Program-made: the position numbers and the translations under genes | Notes under the pieces: model-generated | What the model was told of the DNA's origin: nothing | Databases searched by the model: none | Seen by the model: only the letters and a program-made list of their open reading frames with translations | Shown here: positions 59,556 through 64,000 of the stretch, one piece after another | Layout of the letters: each line of letters opens with the position of its first letter | Position numbering within the stretch: the stretch's first letter is position 1 | Assembly (NCBI GenBank): GCA_963710375.1 | Contig: CAVPZX010000004.1 | Span: forward strand, 1-64,000 | Direction: 5' to 3' | DNA length: 64,000 nt | DNA from: Nitrospirota bacterium | Lineage (GTDB): Bacteria; Nitrospirota; Thermodesulfovibrionia; Thermodesulfovibrionales; Dissulfurispiraceae

Positions 59556-60686
59556 GCTGTTACTTGCCGCTAACGACTTTTCGAGCCAGCGTACAGGGAA
59601 TACTACCTTGAATGTAGTGCCTTTTTCAGCACTGCTCTGCACTGTTATCTCTCCAAGGTGTTCCGAGATTATCTGTCTTACCAGGGCGAGCCCCATGCCG
59701 AACCTCCGTTCCCTGGTGCTGAAAAAAGGACTAAAGATTTTATCAAGGTATTCAGATGGAATCCCATGTCCCGTATCAGTGACAGTTAGTGTCACATGAT
59801 CGATGTCCCCTTTAGTAGTGACCTCGACGCTGCCGCCTTCAGCAGTTGCCTCAATAGCGTTTCTTATTAATTGGGAAATCGCTATGCCCAGCAGGTTTCT
59901 CTGTGCATTTATCTTCAAGGGCTGTTCACAAAGGGATGAAACCAGCACCACACCTTTGCCTTCAGCCTCCCTTTGGGCAACTGAAATGCCGGCTTTTACA
60001 ATAACATTAAGGTCCTCATAAGTGAAATGGGATTGCCTGCTTTTGAAAATATTCTGGAATTCACTAACTATTTTCTCAAGCTTTTCCGTTTCCTCAAAAA
60101 TATTGTCAATACACGAGTGGACGGATGATGACAGCGTTTCTTTTTCAAGCATTCTCCTGCACATCTGTCCTATAGTCGTTGCCGGGTTCCTCACCCTGTC
60201 TGCAACGGTCAACGCCATCAGACTCATGGTCCTTTCGGATACCATAGTCTCCAGTTCGCGGTTAAATTCCTCCAGCAGGTTTTTGTAGTCCTTTTCCAGA
60301 TGCAACAGTCTGTTGTACTTCATCGCCTTCTCAATCGAGTAAAGGAGCTGATCTACCTGGTAAGGCTTGATAATGAAATCAAAGGCCCTTTTCTTGATGG
60401 CATCAATTGTTGTGGCTATGTCCGCAAATGCTGTCATCAGGATCACCGGCGTATCAGGGCTCAGAGATATGATATTATCGAGCAGATCAATTCCGGACAC
60501 CACAGGCATCTTAATATCGGTAAGCACCACATCAACATTGTTCTCCTTGAATTTCTCTATAGCTTCCGTAGCACTACTACAGGCGACAATGCGGTAGCCG
60601 TATTGCGCCAGCAGCAGTGATACAGAATCCAGCACCAAAGGTTCATCATCGGCTATAAGTATTGTGCCATGGCCATGCGCATCCAT
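59550..60686 (-). CDS. Receiver + histidine-kinase-fold protein lacking the canonical H-box His
   Basis: IADDE and LTDIKMP; VADRVRNP in place of VAHEIRNP; NAIEA, DTGHG and GMGL. Confidence 0.85.
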   Translation of the reverse strand: MDAHGHGTILIADDEPLVLDSVSLLLAQYGYRIVACSSATEAIEKFKENNVDVVLTDIKMPVVSGIDLLDNIISLSPDTPVILMTAFADIATTIDAIKKRAFDFIIKPYQVDQLLYSIEKAMKYNRLLHLEKDYKNLLEEFNRELETMVSERTMSLMALTVADRVRNPATTIGQMCRRMLEKETLSSSVHSCIDNIFEETEKLEKIVSEFQNIFKSRQSHFTYEDLNVIVKAGISVAQREAEGKGVVLVSSLCEQPLKINAQRNLLGIAISQLIRNAIEATAEGGSVEVTTKGDIDHVTLTVTDTGHGIPSEYLDKIFSPFFSTRERRFGMGLALVRQIISEHLGEITVQSSAEKGTTFKVVFPVRWLEKSLAASNSR

Positions 60687-60710
60687 TATTGTAAAGCCTC
60701 CGTAAAAATT

Positions 60711-61757
60711 CTAACAGAAGTGCCGTATAAGTTCGTAATAGGTATCCCGCTGTGCAGCTTTGAATCCGGCACTCTGTATCCCCTGGATAATGTCTTCTTT
60801 CGATACTCTGTAGCTCACGCCGGCCGCCCTGACCACATTTTCTTCGATCATGGTTGAGCCAAAGTCATTGGCGCCGAATCTGAGCGCCACCTGCGCAAGT
60901 TTTAATCCCTGGGTAACCCATGATGCCTGGATATTATTAAAATTGTCGAGGTACATCCGTGAAAGGGCGAGAACCCTCAGATAATCGACAGCAGTCGCGG
61001 GTCCGATTGTCTTATTATTGCGGAGCAATTCTGTATTAGCGGGCTGGAAGGACCAGGGGATAAAAGCGGTGAATCCGCCTGTCTTGTCCTGGAGGTTTCT
61101 TATTACATCAAGATGTTCGATTATGTCTTCAGGCCCCTCGATGCTGCCGAACATCATCGTAGCCGTTGTCCTCATGCCTATTCTATGGGCCTCTTCCATG
61201 ACTTTCAGCCATTGGGAAGATTTGATCTTTTTAGGGCTCAATACTTCCCTTACCCTGTCGGAAAGCAGCTCTGCGCCGCCGCCGGGTATAGAATCGAGAC
61301 CAGCGAGCTTCAAGGTCATCAGGGTTTCTTTGATAGTGAGGTGGTGTTTTTCAGCGAGATAACTTATCTCCGGAGGCGAAAAACCGTGGACATTGATAGA
61401 GTATCGATCCTTTATAGACTTAAGAAGTTCTGTATAGTATTCCATATCCAGATCCGGATGCAGACCGCCCTGAAGCAGTATCTGTGTGCCGCCGAGGGCA
61501 ATCGTTTCATCTATCTTGCCGAATAACTCCTCTCGTGATAAAACATATGCTTCGGGACTGTCAACTTCACGGTAAAAAGCACAGAAGGTGCACTTATTGA
61601 TGCAGACGTTAGTGTAATTGATGTTTCTGTCTACAACGAACGTAACGGTGCCCTCAGGATGCAGTTCTTTCCTTATAGCATCCGCCATTTTCCCAAGTTC
61701 AAGCAGGTCTGAGGTCTTTAAAAGCTCCAGCGCGGCCGCTTTGTCGATCCTGTTCAT
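60711..61757 (-). CDS. mqnC: Cyclic dehypoxanthine futalosine synthase
   Basis: DRNINYTNVC...CTFCAF, QGGLHP, NIQASWVTQG and DFGSTMIEENVV. Confidence 0.92.
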   Translation of the reverse strand: MNRIDKAAALELLKTSDLLELGKMADAIRKELHPEGTVTFVVDRNINYTNVCINKCTFCAFYREVDSPEAYVLSREELFGKIDETIALGGTQILLQGGLHPDLDMEYYTELLKSIKDRYSINVHGFSPPEISYLAEKHHLTIKETLMTLKLAGLDSIPGGGAELLSDRVREVLSPKKIKSSQWLKVMEEAHRIGMRTTATMMFGSIEGPEDIIEHLDVIRNLQDKTGGFTAFIPWSFQPANTELLRNNKTIGPATAVDYLRVLALSRMYLDNFNNIQASWVTQGLKLAQVALRFGANDFGSTMIEENVVRAAGVSYRVSKEDIIQGIQSAGFKAAQRDTYYELIRHFC

Positions 61758-62842
61758 TTATATACCTTCAGGTGATTATAGAATGCATCTCGCTCGACCG
61801 GAGTCTTTCCTGCTTTCCTGATGAGATAGACCATTTCATCCCGTGTCATACACTCGCCGGTTCTCCCTCCTGCCATGTGGGTTATTTTTTCTTCGATGAT
61901 GGTGCCGTCGAGATCGTCAGCTCCGAAAAGCAGGGCGACCTGGGAAATTTTCTCGCCTAACATTATCCAGTAAGCCTTGATGTGCTGAAAATTATCGAGC
62001 ACAAGCCTGCTTATGGCAATAGTCTTCAGGTCATCGATTCCGGATGAATGGAAACCGCCGATTTCGGTATTTCCGGGATGGTAGGCCAGAGGTATAAATG
62101 CCTGGAATCCTCCGGTGCTGTCCTGCAGCGCCCTCAGCTTAAGCAGGTGATCGACCCTGTCCCCAAGGGTTTCCAGATGGCTGTACAGCATGGTAGCGTT
62201 CGTTTTGATTCCGGCATTATGCGCAGTTTCCATAATCTCGAGCCAACGGTCACCGGATATCTTTTCAGGGCAGAGCTTATTCCTTGTCTCTTCCGCAAAT
62301 ATTTCAGCGCCACCCCCGGGCATTAGATCAAGGCCGCTCTGCTTCAGGGCTTTGAATATTGCATCAAGCGATAACCCGCTTATACGCGACATGTGATCGA
62401 TCTCAACGGCGGTAAATGCCTTAATAGCAAGGGAAGGGAATTTCCCTTTGATTGCTGAAAGAAGCCCCAAGTAGTGGTCAAAAGGCCACTCAGGATGAAG
62501 GCCGCCAACAATATGGACCTCAGTGATAGCCCCTGTCGTGGTATTAGCAGCGCTGAAAGATGCTTGAAGCCTAGATATTATATCATCGGTTGTTAATTCA
62601 AAAGCGCCTTCCTCGCCTTTTGAGCGGCTGAACGCACAAAACCTGCATCTGTTGACGCATATATTCGTCGGGTTGATGTGGCGGTTAATGATGAAATATG
62701 CGTTACTGCCGTTCTTTGCCCCCGCGCTTACAGAGGCCAGACTGCCTATAGTGAAAAGGTCATCGCTCTCAAACAGCGCGAGTGCATCGGCCCTGTTCAG
62801 CCGAGCACCTGAAAGGACTTTGTTTTTGATCGATTCGAGCAT
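61754..62842 (-). CDS. mqnE: Aminofutalosine synthase
   Basis: NRHINPTNIC...CRFCAF, HIVGGLHP, KAFTAVEI and HIKAYW. Confidence 0.92.
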   Translation of the reverse strand: MLESIKNKVLSGARLNRADALALFESDDLFTIGSLASVSAGAKNGSNAYFIINRHINPTNICVNRCRFCAFSRSKGEEGAFELTTDDIISRLQASFSAANTTTGAITEVHIVGGLHPEWPFDHYLGLLSAIKGKFPSLAIKAFTAVEIDHMSRISGLSLDAIFKALKQSGLDLMPGGGAEIFAEETRNKLCPEKISGDRWLEIMETAHNAGIKTNATMLYSHLETLGDRVDHLLKLRALQDSTGGFQAFIPLAYHPGNTEIGGFHSSGIDDLKTIAISRLVLDNFQHIKAYWIMLGEKISQVALLFGADDLDGTIIEEKITHMAGGRTGECMTRDEMVYLIRKAGKTPVERDAFYNHLKVYK

Positions 62843-62851
62843 ATGAATAAA

Positions 62852-63598
62852 TTATTTTGTTTTTCCTTCGAGCATCTTTGTTCTTTTTACTGCTGCTGTA
62901 AGGTAATCCTTGAATCTTTCCGGGAAAAGCCACCTTATCCCAAGCTTCTCAGCCCATTTAATCAACCCCTGATCGGCGGTAATCAGCAGGGCGTCAAGCT
63001 CCATTGCAAGGAGCATAAGATCAACATCCTCCTTGCTGTCAATAATCCCTTCCCTTAGAGCCTCCCGATACTTCTTCCTCAAATCCTGTACAATTTCATC
63101 CGGCTTCTTAAGCTCGGCGCTTCGGACCGCTTTTTCAGCAAGCCTCAGCCCTTTGTTGACCCGTTCCCTTATGTCTTCAATAAGCTCATATAAGAGGAAC
63201 GCCGGGCATTTCAGTTCGTGTTTTTTGGGAGGCTTCTGATGGAGAATGACCAGGAGATCGCCCGGAATCTTGTCTCTTTCGACAAAGTGAAGCAGCTCAT
63301 CGAAAATCGATGGCGGCATATAAAACTCAAGGTTGCCTATCTGCGCGGCCAGATAAAGAAAAGTCTCAAGGGCTTCTATAGGAGTGGCGCCGAGGCTTGC
63401 TCTGACGTCGGGATTTACAAACAGGCTCGTATCAAGAACGACTTTCTTCAGCCTGCGCCGGTTTTTTTTGAGATACTGCTCATTAAGATTTTCGTGCTTA
63501 GCGGCAGACGCTGAAAGTGGTTCAGAATCGTTACCGGCATCAGCGGTATTGGATTCTTCCGAAGCGATGTCAATATTTTTAGGCCTTGCAGGTGCCAT
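62852..63598 (-). CDS. RNA-free RNase P (HARP, Aq_880-like PIN_5 nuclease) with an N-terminal extension
   Basis: LDTSLFVNP, YMPPSI, ERVNKGLRLAE, LRKKYREALREGIIDSKEDVD and TADQG...WAEKLG. Start uncertain; 63598 chosen to minimise overlap with the upstream gene. Confidence 0.85.
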   Translation of the reverse strand: MAPARPKNIDIASEESNTADAGNDSEPLSASAAKHENLNEQYLKKNRRRLKKVVLDTSLFVNPDVRASLGATPIEALETFLYLAAQIGNLEFYMPPSIFDELLHFVERDKIPGDLLVILHQKPPKKHELKCPAFLLYELIEDIRERVNKGLRLAEKAVRSAELKKPDEIVQDLRKKYREALREGIIDSKEDVDLMLLAMELDALLITADQGLIKWAEKLGIRWLFPERFKDYLTAAVKRTKMLEGKTK

Positions 63599-64000
63599 AG
63601 AGATCAAGTTTATAGGTATTCCACTCATTGCAGCAGAGGCATCTGCCTGACCAGTCTGCGGATTTAAACCCACACTGGGAACAGCAGTACGGGACATTTA
63701 CAACGCTCCGTATGCCGCATGCACGTCTAAATTCATCTAATGCCTTGGATATCTGTTGTCTCTTCATATACAACTCACCCCGCAAACCGAACAGTTCAGT
63801 GGGGGCAAACGCGCTCGTGTCTATTGAATTCAGAATCTCAATGGCGTCATCTACCATCTCCAGCCTGTAGTAGAGCTTGCCGAGCAGAAATTTTAAACTG
63901 TTGTCCTGGGGGCTTCGCGTCAGGGCATTTTTATAAAACCGAATGAGTCTGCCAGGCTCTCCTACACTGATAAGCAGGTCTTCAAGGCGAGCGAGAAGAA
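63579..64000 (-). CDS. LapB/YciM-like TPR protein, C-terminal part (5'-partial)
   Basis: TPR-like helices followed by a rubredoxin-type YCCSQCG...WSGRCLCCNEWN. Confidence 0.75.
   Translation of the reverse strand, partial: LLARLEDLLISVGEPGRLIRFYKNALTRSPQDNSLKFLLGKLYYRLEMVDDAIEILNSIDTSAFAPTELFGLRGELYMKRQQISKALDEFRRACGIRSVVNVPYCCSQCGFKSADWSGRCLCCNEWNTYKLDLYGTCKA

Noticed and set aside
63599..63697. Longer N-terminus for HARP
   Set aside because: It overlaps the conserved Zn-finger coding end of the upstream lapB-like gene.

Overview
Gene-dense chromosomal window from an anaerobic diderm bacterium. Gene content (mqnE/mqnC, split atpBE, an Hmc/Cbc-like multiheme cluster, RACo activator, DUF3786) suggests Nitrospirota (Thermodesulfovibrionia-like) or a related deltaproteobacterial lineage; this is inference only. 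Housekeeping genes include pncAB, atpBE, purD, radC, metG, ricT, holB, tmk, large purL, cysE-cysS and rlmB. Six genes or gene segments carry single-base +1 frameshifts, most likely assembly indels. The most notable items are: (1) a STAND-like P-loop ATPase fused to an RsbW-type kinase domain, followed by a STAS partner and an HDOD/pseudo-HisKA protein; (2) a His/Cys-rich CxxC...RAPP leader peptide ahead of a TonB-dependent uptake operon; (3) an in-frame CysE-CysS fusion; (4) seven hairpins built from inverted 6-8-nt tandem repeats, one translated inside a CDS; (5) a protein-only RNase P (HARP); (6) a leaderless lexA-dinB cassette with a GAAC-N4-GTTC box; (7) a 30-aa bS22/mS38-like ribosomal protein missed by the ORF track; (8) several readable operators and MITE-like elements. 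No rRNA, tRNA or CRISPR array was seen. All calls are from reading motifs by eye, with no database searches.
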